Shown here: in pieces, positions 43,959-52,484 of the stretch
How the letters are laid out: every line of letters begins with the position of its first letter
Position numbering within the stretch: the first letter of the stretch is position 1
From: a virus
Lineage: Duplodnaviria > Heunggongvirae > Uroviricota > Caudoviricetes
DNA length: 64,000 bases
Virus record (IMG/VR): IMGVR_UViG_2585427757_000006
Direction: 5' to 3' (one strand)
Program-made: the position numbers and the translations under genes
The notes under the pieces: generated by a model
Databases searched by the model: none
What the model was told of the DNA's origin: nothing
Seen by the model: only the letters and a program-made list of their open reading frames with translations

Positions 43959-44947
43959 TACCTTTCGAATGGAAGAACAAACACTTCAAGGTCTTCAAGG
44001 AACGAACGGAAATTCAGCTCGTAGCACAGTTGCTCGAATGCTTTCACGTCACGATTGCCTTTGATTGTTTCGATTTCGGTAGGCGGAAACTTCGTCTCAA
44101 TCAGGTTCATTAGCGTGATGTTTCTCTTGAACGCTTCGAGCATTCGACAGCCTGTTTTCTCGTTGAAGGCATTCTTCGCTAGTTTGTTGAAGGCGGTCTT
44201 ATGGCGTCCTTTGTCAACCACGATTGAGCCGTCGTTGATGCCGCGTACCATCGTTGCGACACTTCCCCATTCATGCAGCAGCTCTTTCGCACCGCCAGCA
44301 CCAATGCCACCAACACCGCTAATGTTGTCCGATTTATCGCCTTGTAATGCTTTTGCTTCCAAAAATGCGCGAGGAGTAGCGAATCCTGTCAGCTCCGCAA
44401 ATTGCTCAAAATTAACCTGCTTGTTTTTGGCGTCTTCGCGCAGGCTTACCCAGCTTACGTTTTCGCGAACTAACTGAAGCCAGTCGCTATCGCCTGTTAA
44501 CAGATAGATGTGTTCAACGATTGGCTGCGGTGCAATGCTGGCTACCAGCAGCCCGGCCAGATCATCCGCTTCTGCATCTTTTGCAATGAGTTGGGTAACT
44601 CCAAGCGCGGTCATCATTTTGAGGATGTATGGCTTCTGGATAGCAAAGCCTTCCTTCATCTTTTTCATATCAGGATCGTCGTCGCGATTTGCTTTGTAGT
44701 CCGGGTAAAAGTCGCGACGCTTGTCACTAAATCCATCCCAAAGAATCATAGGTCGGGCATGGAGGATGGAGGCATAACGACGGACGTTCTTAACAAAGCC
44801 GAAAGCAGCCTGTACTTCCATTTCGCCGTTGTGCAATTTGTCAGATTGTTGGTGGTAATAACCCAGGCTATTGCCATCTACGAAGAGATAATTCACCGGT
44901 ACATTCCTTCCAAAAAGTAAGGCGTCCGTAGACGCCTTACTGGTCAC
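43952..44947 (-). CDS. 5'-3' exonuclease / flap endonuclease (331 aa)
   Basis: PIN-like N-terminus (LFVDGNSLGY, TGDSDWLQL) and H3TH motif GDKSDNISGVGGIGAGGA. Confidence 0.85.
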   Translation of the reverse strand: MTSKASTDALLFGRNVPVNYLFVDGNSLGYYHQQSDKLHNGEMEVQAAFGFVKNVRRYASILHARPMILWDGFSDKRRDFYPDYKANRDDDPDMKKMKEGFAIQKPYILKMMTALGVTQLIAKDAEADDLAGLLVASIAPQPIVEHIYLLTGDSDWLQLVRENVSWVSLREDAKNKQVNFEQFAELTGFATPRAFLEAKALQGDKSDNISGVGGIGAGGAKELLHEWGSVATMVRGINDGSIVVDKGRHKTAFNKLAKNAFNEKTGCRMLEAFKRNITLMNLIETKFPPTEIETIKGNRDVKAFEQLCYELNFRSFLEDLEVFVLPFERYC

Positions 44948-44956
44948 GTAATGGGA

Positions 44957-45985
44957 TTACAGAGAGTCCAGCTCTCTCAGTAGGTCATCCAGACCTTCAT
45001 CTTCCGTCGCAGATGCGGCTGCTACAGATGTCGCTGCGACTGCTTCAGACTCTTTGACTGATACTGCAACGGCAGCGGGACTTGCTTCTGGTTTAAATTC
45101 AGTTTCAACGGCACGGAGGATTTCTTCATCAACCAGACTGGTTGGTTCAGAAGCTGGGGTATGAGCGGTAGCTACAGCAGTCGCACCCTCCGTATGACCA
45201 GTGACAGAGCCAAATCCAGGTAGTGCCGCAGCCGATGTTTTCGCGGTTGAGGAAATTGCTGGTGCAGATGCTGCGGCAGTTGGTGCAGCGATGCCAATCA
45301 GACGACCCATAGTGCGAACTGTCGACAGAAGACGAGTTTCATCAGCCTGATTTGCGTATGCGATCAGATCATGCTGGGTGTTCCAGAATTTATCTTCGAT
45401 ATCGCCTTTGTAGACTTTACGCTTAGGCGAGACGTCATATTTGGTATCGCGACCAGAGCCAGTACGTTTAATCAGGAATGCGTAGCCTTCCTCTTTGCTC
45501 AGTGGATTGCCGATATCATCAGCGATGTCTTCGGTGATTGCTTTGCAGATATCATCGAATACAGTAGACGGCAGCTCGATTAACTGGCATTTCTCAGCAT
45601 CTGCGAAATCCTCACGAGCAGAAAGAATGCCGTTGACCAGGTAGCGAGGAGTGGCACGCATTTGACCGATGCGTTCTTCCATTGCTTTGTTACCCTTGTG
45701 ACGAGCGCGACCTTCCATCACCATTTCGCATAGCTGACAAGCGCGACCGTGAGTATGTTGCTCACAAATATAAGCGTTGGTTGCTTCTTTACCTTCCTCG
45801 TTCTGATACTTAACGTAGTGCATACCGAAAGTCTGGAAGAACTTACCGTTTGGGTCGTCTTTATTCGGGAAGATGCGGATATAGTTGACGCCGTCTTTTA
45901 AGCGAGTCAGATCAACGTTGTTACCACGTTTGGCGGCAATGTCTTCACGAGTTTTGTTAAGCAAATCAAGTAATGTCTTAGACAT
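44957..45985 (-). CDS. gp32-like single-stranded DNA-binding protein (342 aa)
   Basis: Zn motif CEQHTHGRACQLC, an Ala/Ser-rich linker, and an acidic tail EDEGLDDLLRELDSL resembling the T4 gp32 tail (DDLLNDL) as recalled. Confidence 0.65.
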   Translation of the reverse strand: MSKTLLDLLNKTREDIAAKRGNNVDLTRLKDGVNYIRIFPNKDDPNGKFFQTFGMHYVKYQNEEGKEATNAYICEQHTHGRACQLCEMVMEGRARHKGNKAMEERIGQMRATPRYLVNGILSAREDFADAEKCQLIELPSTVFDDICKAITEDIADDIGNPLSKEEGYAFLIKRTGSGRDTKYDVSPKRKVYKGDIEDKFWNTQHDLIAYANQADETRLLSTVRTMGRLIGIAAPTAAASAPAISSTAKTSAAALPGFGSVTGHTEGATAVATAHTPASEPTSLVDEEILRAVETEFKPEASPAAVAVSVKESEAVAATSVAAASATEDEGLDDLLRELDSL

Positions 45986-46102
45986 GTGTTTCTCCTTGTT
46001 GTGATTTGGCCGATGGCGCTATGCGCGTTGGGCTTTCGTTCATTCGTGGCTCTTTCGAGCTGTTAAATGATAGATCAGTACTTACTTATTATCTATCAAA
46101 AA

Positions 46103-46558
46103 TCAACGGGGAGTAATAAAGCGTTCAGAGCCTAATCGCTCTAATTCAACGATGGCCATCTTTGACGCCTGAACGATCATGTCTCGGCGATGCGAAAAGG
46201 CGGCGACAGCATGTTTGTATATGTCTGCGATGTGCCGTGCTTCATCCAACTTCTGCCTTTTAGACAGATACTGTGGGTTTGTTTTAACCTTAGCGTCCAG
46301 TACAGATTCGTTGAACTTAATGCCGTTCATACTCAAGTTCTTACGCTCTGTGTCGTATAGCTTTGCTTCAACAGCTTCAAGGTTAAGTTTTGCCTCTGCG
46401 ACACTTCTTTCTGCATGAGCGAGTTTTGAGCCATACTCCATTAAAAGGCGGGGTTGTCTACGCCAGACTTCCTCCAGATTGTCTCGGTCAAACTCGAGAT
46501 CAGACATTATTTTCTCGTAAATATCGGCGATCATGCACATTTCCTTATCACTTATCAT
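46103..46558 (-). CDS. Hypothetical coiled-coil protein (151 aa)
   Basis: Long ORF with heptad-like composition. Confidence 0.55.
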   Translation of the reverse strand: MISDKEMCMIADIYEKIMSDLEFDRDNLEEVWRRQPRLLMEYGSKLAHAERSVAEAKLNLEAVEAKLYDTERKNLSMNGIKFNESVLDAKVKTNPQYLSKRQKLDEARHIADIYKHAVAAFSHRRDMIVQASKMAIVELERLGSERFITPR

Positions 46559-46624
46559 TTTGTATTGATTATATCATTGTAATGATGAGGCAATGAGCTT
46601 GAAGATAGGGGGGGTGAGGGGATA

Positions 46625-46653
46625 AGGGAAAACATGGCCTTTATGGCCATGTT
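46625..46653 (-). terminator. Intrinsic terminator after the polymerase C-fragment
   Basis: aacatggcc tttat ggccatgtt (46631-46653), followed on the minus strand by ttttccc. Confidence 0.65.
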
Positions 46654-46660
46654 TATTGGA

Positions 46661-47830
46661 TCACGTCTTAATAGTTTCTGCTACGTCGGCTAATATCGCT
46701 TCTAGTCGTTCTCCCTCTTCAGGTCTGAAGTAAAGAATGTTGGGGTTAAACCCGTAAAAGACAGTAACGTCAAGGTCTGGAAGATACTCCTTCCTGCCGA
46801 CCAAATCGGATGGCTTGTTTTTGTTGTTAAACAATGAAGTTGCCCGGCTGCCACACGTCAGCACATAGGTCGGACGCACCAGATTGATCTCTTCACGCAT
46901 AAAGTCGGTGAACTGGCCGATCTCGTCTTTGGTGTAGTCTTTTTCTTTGTCTTTAACCTTCTTGCAAACACCTGTGACATAGAGATCGCCCATGCGTAAA
47001 TCTCCAGCCGTCAATAGCTTGGCCTTAAAGTCGTCGTATCCGTTCTCCATAAAGTAACCGGTTCGAGCATCATTGCCGTTCGCATTGTCCAGAATGATCA
47101 TGATTTTCGGCTTAATACCAATGCTGGGGCGGATTAGTTCATCACCTAAGCCCATTTCAGCCGCCATCCGCGTCATGAGTACGTTAATTTCAGCCGAACG
47201 TTTGGGGTTCATCTCAAACGGACGTGAGGCTTTAACTGCGTCTATGACAAGGTTTCCCATCAATTCAGCCTGGTCGCGTAGGCGCTCTGGATCAGTTGCT
47301 GGCAGACTGCCTGGCTCGATGGATGCAAACGCCCCTACTTTTTGCAGCGATTCGCGCACTCGACTATTACAGGCACGTTTCTCGACAGCTTCTTCGAATT
47401 GCGCCAGTGACTCGAATTTGCCGCCAACTTTTTCTCGCGCTCTCATGATGGCTTGGCAGCCATTCTCAGAACACCCCTTCACAGCAGAGAAGGGCGCATA
47501 CAGCACCTGGCTGCCATCTTCAAGCGTGCGGATCTCGATTCGGTTAGATGACACGTTAACGTCTGGTGGCAATACGCGAATGCCATAGGTCAGCGCATCT
47601 TTAACCAGCCCCTGGTGTTTATCTTCGCCAAGAATAGTGAGAGCAGCAGCGAAAAACTCTGCGGGATAATGAGTTTTCAACCACATAGATTGATAACTGA
47701 TTAAGGAGTAAGCAACAGAGTGTGATTTGTTGAAGGCATACGCGCCGGATTTCTCAAACATATTCCAGATTTCTTCGGCTCGTTCGTGCGTCAGGCCATT
47801 GCTCTCTTCGACAACACCGGTAATTTTCAT
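46661..47830 (-). CDS. dnaE: DNA polymerase III alpha (DnaE-type) C-terminal fragment fused to a UDG-like domain (389 aa)
   Basis: YAFNKSHSVAYSLISYQSMWLKTHYPAEF is the conserved DnaE finger motif. The last ~170 aa (IMIILDNANGNDARTG...LTCGSRA...FYGFNPN) resemble a family-4 uracil-DNA-glycosylase fold. Confidence 0.8.
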   Translation of the reverse strand: MKITGVVEESNGLTHERAEEIWNMFEKSGAYAFNKSHSVAYSLISYQSMWLKTHYPAEFFAAALTILGEDKHQGLVKDALTYGIRVLPPDVNVSSNRIEIRTLEDGSQVLYAPFSAVKGCSENGCQAIMRAREKVGGKFESLAQFEEAVEKRACNSRVRESLQKVGAFASIEPGSLPATDPERLRDQAELMGNLVIDAVKASRPFEMNPKRSAEINVLMTRMAAEMGLGDELIRPSIGIKPKIMIILDNANGNDARTGYFMENGYDDFKAKLLTAGDLRMGDLYVTGVCKKVKDKEKDYTKDEIGQFTDFMREEINLVRPTYVLTCGSRATSLFNNKNKPSDLVGRKEYLPDLDVTVFYGFNPNILYFRPEEGERLEAILADVAETIKT

Positions 47831-48561
47831 GCAGTCACCTCATCAATCTTCACGAACTCATCCCCATTGGAGGCCAGCCAGTTCCGTTGGCGCTCCCAGC
47901 TCCATATCTCTTCACGCATTTCACTATGCAGGCGAATGTGGGCGTCTTCTGGAAGTGCTACAAGATTCCCAGGGGCGTTATCTATCGTATCGCGGTTAAT
48001 ATGGTGGACATGTTCATCGTCACGTAGCTCCCGACCGAGACGTTCTTTCGCTATCAATCGATGAACGTATTCGTATTGCGAAACGCCATTGTTACCAACC
48101 AGCTGCATCATGTAGCCGTTGGTTTTTACGATGATGCCACCTTTGTAGTTGTTCGCTTCTTCTCCGATCTTTCCGCGTTTGGCAGCCGCCAGCTTTTCCT
48201 TCGTCTCCGCGCGGATTGTTCTGCCGGTTAGCTTTTTCGAAACGGTGGCCACTCGCTCATCGATATCAGCACGCAGACCGGCATTCCACGAGGTTTTCCC
48301 ATACATAGGGTTGCCAGTGCCAGTCCGGGCTTCGGAGAGACGCTTCATACGTTCGTCATTATTTTTGTTTTTGCCACGATTCCAGGCTGGGGTAGCGGAG
48401 ATCCGCGCGCTTCCGCGCCTGATCCCCCATTTGGCTAATAAGCGGTCAATATTTGCCTTGCTGCAACCAGCTTCGGCGGCAATGTCTTCTTTTCTCATCA
48501 GGTCAACCATGTAACGCTGACGTAACCATTCTTCTGTGATTTTGTACTTCGTACTCGGCAT
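47827..48561 (-). CDS. Free-standing HNH homing endonuclease (244 aa)
   Basis: C-terminal HNH EYVHRLI...HVHHINRDTIDNAPGNLVAL..H, with NUMOD-like repeats (PAWNRGK, KTSWNAGL). ATGA overlap with the downstream polymerase fragment. Confidence 0.85.
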   Translation of the reverse strand: MPSTKYKITEEWLRQRYMVDLMRKEDIAAEAGCSKANIDRLLAKWGIRRGSARISATPAWNRGKNKNNDERMKRLSEARTGTGNPMYGKTSWNAGLRADIDERVATVSKKLTGRTIRAETKEKLAAAKRGKIGEEANNYKGGIIVKTNGYMMQLVGNNGVSQYEYVHRLIAKERLGRELRDDEHVHHINRDTIDNAPGNLVALPEDAHIRLHSEMREEIWSWERQRNWLASNGDEFVKIDEVTA

Positions 48562-48609
48562 TTCTAAGACTCACTAAACAAATTGTTTTCTTATCTTATA
48601 AATTAATTC

Positions 48610-50973
48610 TCAAATATCGAAGCTCGTTATGTCGGCATTTATTGCCATTGCTTCGGCATAAGTGCGACGCTCACCATCAGCACAAAGTAGGCGTGCTGCT
48701 TTATGGATTTTTCTCGTAGAACCATCATCCAGTGACACTGTCACCCAGCCTTCCTCCGCTCGCTTAATGAAGTCGCCGCCAATGGATTTCATTTTCTCCA
48801 TATCTTTTTTCCCGATCGCTTTCCTGACCGAGTCTGCTTCCGCCATTGAGAACCCCGCCAAGATTCGCGTAGCAGCCATGATCTGTTCCTGATAAATCAG
48901 AACTCCGTTTGTGTCGCGAGAGATGTCGTCCAGCATTGGGTGTAAGGAATGTGGGGCCATGAAGCCTTTGGCCACGGACACATAATCGTCCAACATGCCG
49001 GATTGAATCGGGCCAGGTCGGAAGAGCGCAGTTGTAGCGACGACCGTTTTAAAGCTCATTGGCTCAATTCCACCACCTAAATCTTTAAGCAGCTTGCGCA
49101 TTGGGCCTGATTCAAGCTGGAATACGCCCTGTGTATACCCTGCAGCAAAACCATCCAGCACCTTGCGATCTTCAAGAGAAATGGCATCAAGATTGATATC
49201 TTCACCTGTGTTCTCTTTTATGTAGCGTTTTGCACTATCGAGCAAATCGAGAGTTGCCAGGCCAAGCACGTCCAGCTTAATTAGGCCCATAGCCTCGCAG
49301 TAACGCTTGTCAAATGCGATACAACGCGCGTCACCACGGCGTTCAACCGGTGTACGTTCTGTCAGAGGAACACCTGCTACGATCATCCCTGCCGCATGTC
49401 TACCAAAGCCACGCATAAGGCTTTGTAACTTGCAGGCTGCATTGAATGCATCAGGATATTTTGTTGCGTATTTGTCGAGACTTGCCAGTTGTTCGCGCAG
49501 CTCTTCCAATGGAAGGCTATCATCCTCGACGTTCTTCAGTTCTTTTGATACCGCCATATCTGCGGACTCCACACCATAAATACGAGCGGTGTCACGTAGT
49601 GCAGAGGCTGCGCCCAGGTAGGTGAAGTTCGGAATGCCTGCAACGTAATCTTCGCCGTAGCGTTCATTCAGATACTCGATCACCTCATGGCGACGTGCCT
49701 GGCTGAAGTCCAAGTCCGCATCCGGCAAGTCGAGACGCTCAGGGTTGATGAAACGCTCAAACAGAAGACCGTGACGGATTGGGTCGACGTTGGTTATGCC
49801 TATGCACCACGCCACCAGAGAACCGGCAGAGGAACCACGACCAGGCCCAACGGGAATGCCAGTTTCACGACTATGATTCATCAGATCGCGCACCATCAGG
49901 AAGTAACCACAGAATCCCAGGCGAGTCAGCGTGTCCATTTCGTACTTTAGCCGCTCAACATAAACCCTGTTCTCAGAAGCAGGTGGTGTGTATCCAAACT
50001 CTTTTGTGGTAAGACGTTTACGCAGCCCTGCAACAGCCAGTTTCATCAGCGTTGCAGGTTCGTCGTCTGCCATCTTGGGCAGTGCTGGTGGCAATTCATG
50101 CCAGCGCCATGTGCAGGCATCGATAATGGAGTCCTGCGTTGTTGAGGCCATTGCAGCTGTTACCGGCACATCCATGCGAACGGAGAAGGCTTTAAGCGCC
50201 TCAAGGAGATGGCGACGACCATTGATGGCGTTATCTCGCTGGTGGGGGATACGCAGACGATGCGGCTGGTCGATTTTTATGTTGTTCGTAACCATGTGCG
50301 CAATGTCTTTAATGTCTGCATCGTCGATCGATTCGTAATAAGCGGGATAGAACGCCACTGGCTCTATTTTCAATGCGCTGGCGACTTTCATCGCCCGGAC
50401 GTTAATCTGGTCGTAGAATGGGGTAGGGTGCGGATAAACCACACTATAGAAGTTGTCTTTTCCACCCGCTGTAATCAGTGTGCTTATGATTTTTGCAAAA
50501 TCGTTGCGTTGGAACACGCTACCGATGTCGGAAGTAAGCAGGATGATGTTGCCTTTGGCATATGTAGAAACCAACTGTTCGAGCGAGAGACGCGGCACAA
50601 AGTAGAACTGTTCTCGTGTGTTGGCCACCGTCATTAGTTCGCAGATGTCGCGATATCCTTGCTCATTTTTAATTAGAGCGGTAAACGAGTAGTTACGTCC
50701 CCGCTCTAATGATTCCATACATCTCATAGATTCTTTAGCAAGTTTAGCCCGGTGCTCGTATGTGGGATCATCAACAATGTTTAGTTTCACACCACAAATA
50801 ACCGCCATGTCGTCACCAGCGGCACGTTGTAGTGGAATAACGCTCGCAATATTCATGCTATCTGCTGAAATTACAGCGGTGTAGCCAGCTTCTCTGGCAA
50901 TCTTCACCGCGTTTTCAGCTTTTAGAGCCGACTCCCCAAGTGAGAAGTCAGTTCGAACCATCAGTGCCTTCAT
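48610..50973 (-). CDS. dnaE: DNA polymerase III alpha (DnaE-type) N-terminal fragment: PHP, palm, thumb (787 aa)
   Basis: GPGRGSSAGSLVAW, DLPDADLDF (catalytic Asp pair) and LFRPGP. Ends 45 aa after ..FIKRAEEG with non-DnaE-like sequence. Confidence 0.9.
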   Translation of the reverse strand: MKALMVRTDFSLGESALKAENAVKIAREAGYTAVISADSMNIASVIPLQRAAGDDMAVICGVKLNIVDDPTYEHRAKLAKESMRCMESLERGRNYSFTALIKNEQGYRDICELMTVANTREQFYFVPRLSLEQLVSTYAKGNIILLTSDIGSVFQRNDFAKIISTLITAGGKDNFYSVVYPHPTPFYDQINVRAMKVASALKIEPVAFYPAYYESIDDADIKDIAHMVTNNIKIDQPHRLRIPHQRDNAINGRRHLLEALKAFSVRMDVPVTAAMASTTQDSIIDACTWRWHELPPALPKMADDEPATLMKLAVAGLRKRLTTKEFGYTPPASENRVYVERLKYEMDTLTRLGFCGYFLMVRDLMNHSRETGIPVGPGRGSSAGSLVAWCIGITNVDPIRHGLLFERFINPERLDLPDADLDFSQARRHEVIEYLNERYGEDYVAGIPNFTYLGAASALRDTARIYGVESADMAVSKELKNVEDDSLPLEELREQLASLDKYATKYPDAFNAACKLQSLMRGFGRHAAGMIVAGVPLTERTPVERRGDARCIAFDKRYCEAMGLIKLDVLGLATLDLLDSAKRYIKENTGEDINLDAISLEDRKVLDGFAAGYTQGVFQLESGPMRKLLKDLGGGIEPMSFKTVVATTALFRPGPIQSGMLDDYVSVAKGFMAPHSLHPMLDDISRDTNGVLIYQEQIMAATRILAGFSMAEADSVRKAIGKKDMEKMKSIGGDFIKRAEEGWVTVSLDDGSTRKIHKAARLLCADGERRTYAEAMAINADITSFDI

Positions 50974-51151
50974 GTGTTTTTACCTTTCTGGTTTTTTTGA
51001 TTTTGTCATTGGGGAAGCCTACGAACTTCCCATGCATCGAAATCGCAACTTCTTTTGCTGATTGGTGACAATCGGGCTTGTCTGGACACACCAGACAAGC
51101 CTTACCAGTTTCAGAAGCAGCGATAAGAGAGCCGAAACATCCTTTACGCAC
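50948..51151 (-). CDS. Small Cys-rich protein (67 aa)
   Basis: C..x15..CLVC..x5..C pattern. Overlaps the dnaE N-fragment start by 26 nt. Weak call. Confidence 0.35.
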   Translation of the reverse strand: MRKGCFGSLIAASETGKACLVCPDKPDCHQSAKEVAISMHGKFVGFPNDKIKKTRKVKTHEGTDGSN

Positions 51152-51153
51152 GA

Positions 51154-52389
51154 TTAACCAAATATTTTTTGAACAACTTCACGAGCCGCTTGTGCAGAAG
51201 CTGAAGGGAGTTTGTTAATGAAAGAACGCTCAATACCTGTCACAAAGTCGCCTCGCATCATTCCAATCTTGGCCGACAACAAAAGTTCACGAGGGCCAAT
51301 TGGCTGACTAATAAGGTGTTCTTCGTATCCATCGCGAACGATACCGGCAAACTTAACCATCTTTTCAGCGTATTCATCCACGATGCCTGCATTTGTCAAC
51401 ATGTTGATCTCTGCGTCTTTGCTCATGTATTTCACATTCGAAACGATGCCAAAACGCGAAAAGTTCGCGGCGTTCTGGATGTTTGTACCCTGGTACAAGC
51501 CGGTTTCATCACCAGATCCGTTCGTGTTGCCAGTGCCAATGAAAGCAAACCGTTCATGCGGAGTAATGCGACGCCATTCTGGAGTTGCCTCTTTGATGAC
51601 CAACGCTTCACCTTCCAGCACTGGCTGATACACGCCAAGAATTTGTGGAAACGCAAAGTCGTATTCATCCGCGAGGTAAACCCAGCCATGCTTCATTGCG
51701 AGCGCAAGCAAGCCAGGTTCGAAATACGTAGAGCCATCACGCGCCAGAATTTGCCCCGTAACATGTGCCTCTTCCATTGATGCTGTATGTTGGGCACGGA
51801 TCAACGGACGATTGAGCAAAGCACATAGCTGTGTAGGCAATGACGATTTGCCTGTTCCTGCATGACCCCACAAATAGCCAGGTATGCCAAGTTCAAGCAT
51901 CATGAAAATATCTTTGATCAGTTCGAAGTCGCCATATACGTAGCCTTTCTTCACTTCGGGAACGAACTCTGGATACGGCGTATTGACGTTGACGCTAACC
52001 ATGAGCGGCGTCCCACGTTTTGTTCCGAGTTCTTCCACCGTTACGTTTAGCAGTTCGTGAGCTGCGACCAGATCTGTCTTGTACTCAACTGTGCCTGTGT
52101 AGCCAGGGCTACTGGTCAAGCCAGAAGATTTGGCCATTTCGCTTTTTTGCTCGGCACGTTTAGCTTGAATTGCATCAAGTGCCTTTTTCGATAGCGTTGG
52201 TTCATCTGGAAACTGCGTTGTGTACATTTTCAGTACGGTGTCAGGATCGGCATCTTTTACTGACTCAGGAATGCCCTCGCAATTACCATTGGCTACATGG
52301 GACTTAAAATAGTGAAATGATTTGCCGCACCACTTGCAAACAAGGTAATCAGAAGGATTTTTTTCATTTTGCAGTGCAGTAGTCGTCAT
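51154..52389 (-). CDS. CobS/MoxR-like AAA+ ATPase (411 aa)
   Basis: Walker A GHAGTGKSSL, Walker B VYLADEYD, and an N-terminal CKWCGK..H..C zinc-finger-like motif. Confidence 0.8.
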   Translation of the reverse strand: MTTTALQNEKNPSDYLVCKWCGKSFHYFKSHVANGNCEGIPESVKDADPDTVLKMYTTQFPDEPTLSKKALDAIQAKRAEQKSEMAKSSGLTSSPGYTGTVEYKTDLVAAHELLNVTVEELGTKRGTPLMVSVNVNTPYPEFVPEVKKGYVYGDFELIKDIFMMLELGIPGYLWGHAGTGKSSLPTQLCALLNRPLIRAQHTASMEEAHVTGQILARDGSTYFEPGLLALAMKHGWVYLADEYDFAFPQILGVYQPVLEGEALVIKEATPEWRRITPHERFAFIGTGNTNGSGDETGLYQGTNIQNAANFSRFGIVSNVKYMSKDAEINMLTNAGIVDEYAEKMVKFAGIVRDGYEEHLISQPIGPRELLLSAKIGMMRGDFVTGIERSFINKLPSASAQAAREVVQKIFG

Positions 52390-52484
52390 GCGTTTTTCCT
52401 TTGTTCTCTAATGAGCGTTCAACTTCTTATATAAATATATCATCATCTATCGTAAGTAGTTACTTATCGTTAAGGCTGTTTTGT

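Noticed and set aside
47827-48612. Intein or group I intron as the cause of the dnaE split
   Set aside because: Intein: the HNH protein is a separate ORF with its own start and stop, and there are no Cys/Ser...His-Asn-Cys splice-junction residues. Intron: only 48 nt lie upstream of the HNH gene and there is a 4-nt overlap downstream, far too little for a ribozyme core.
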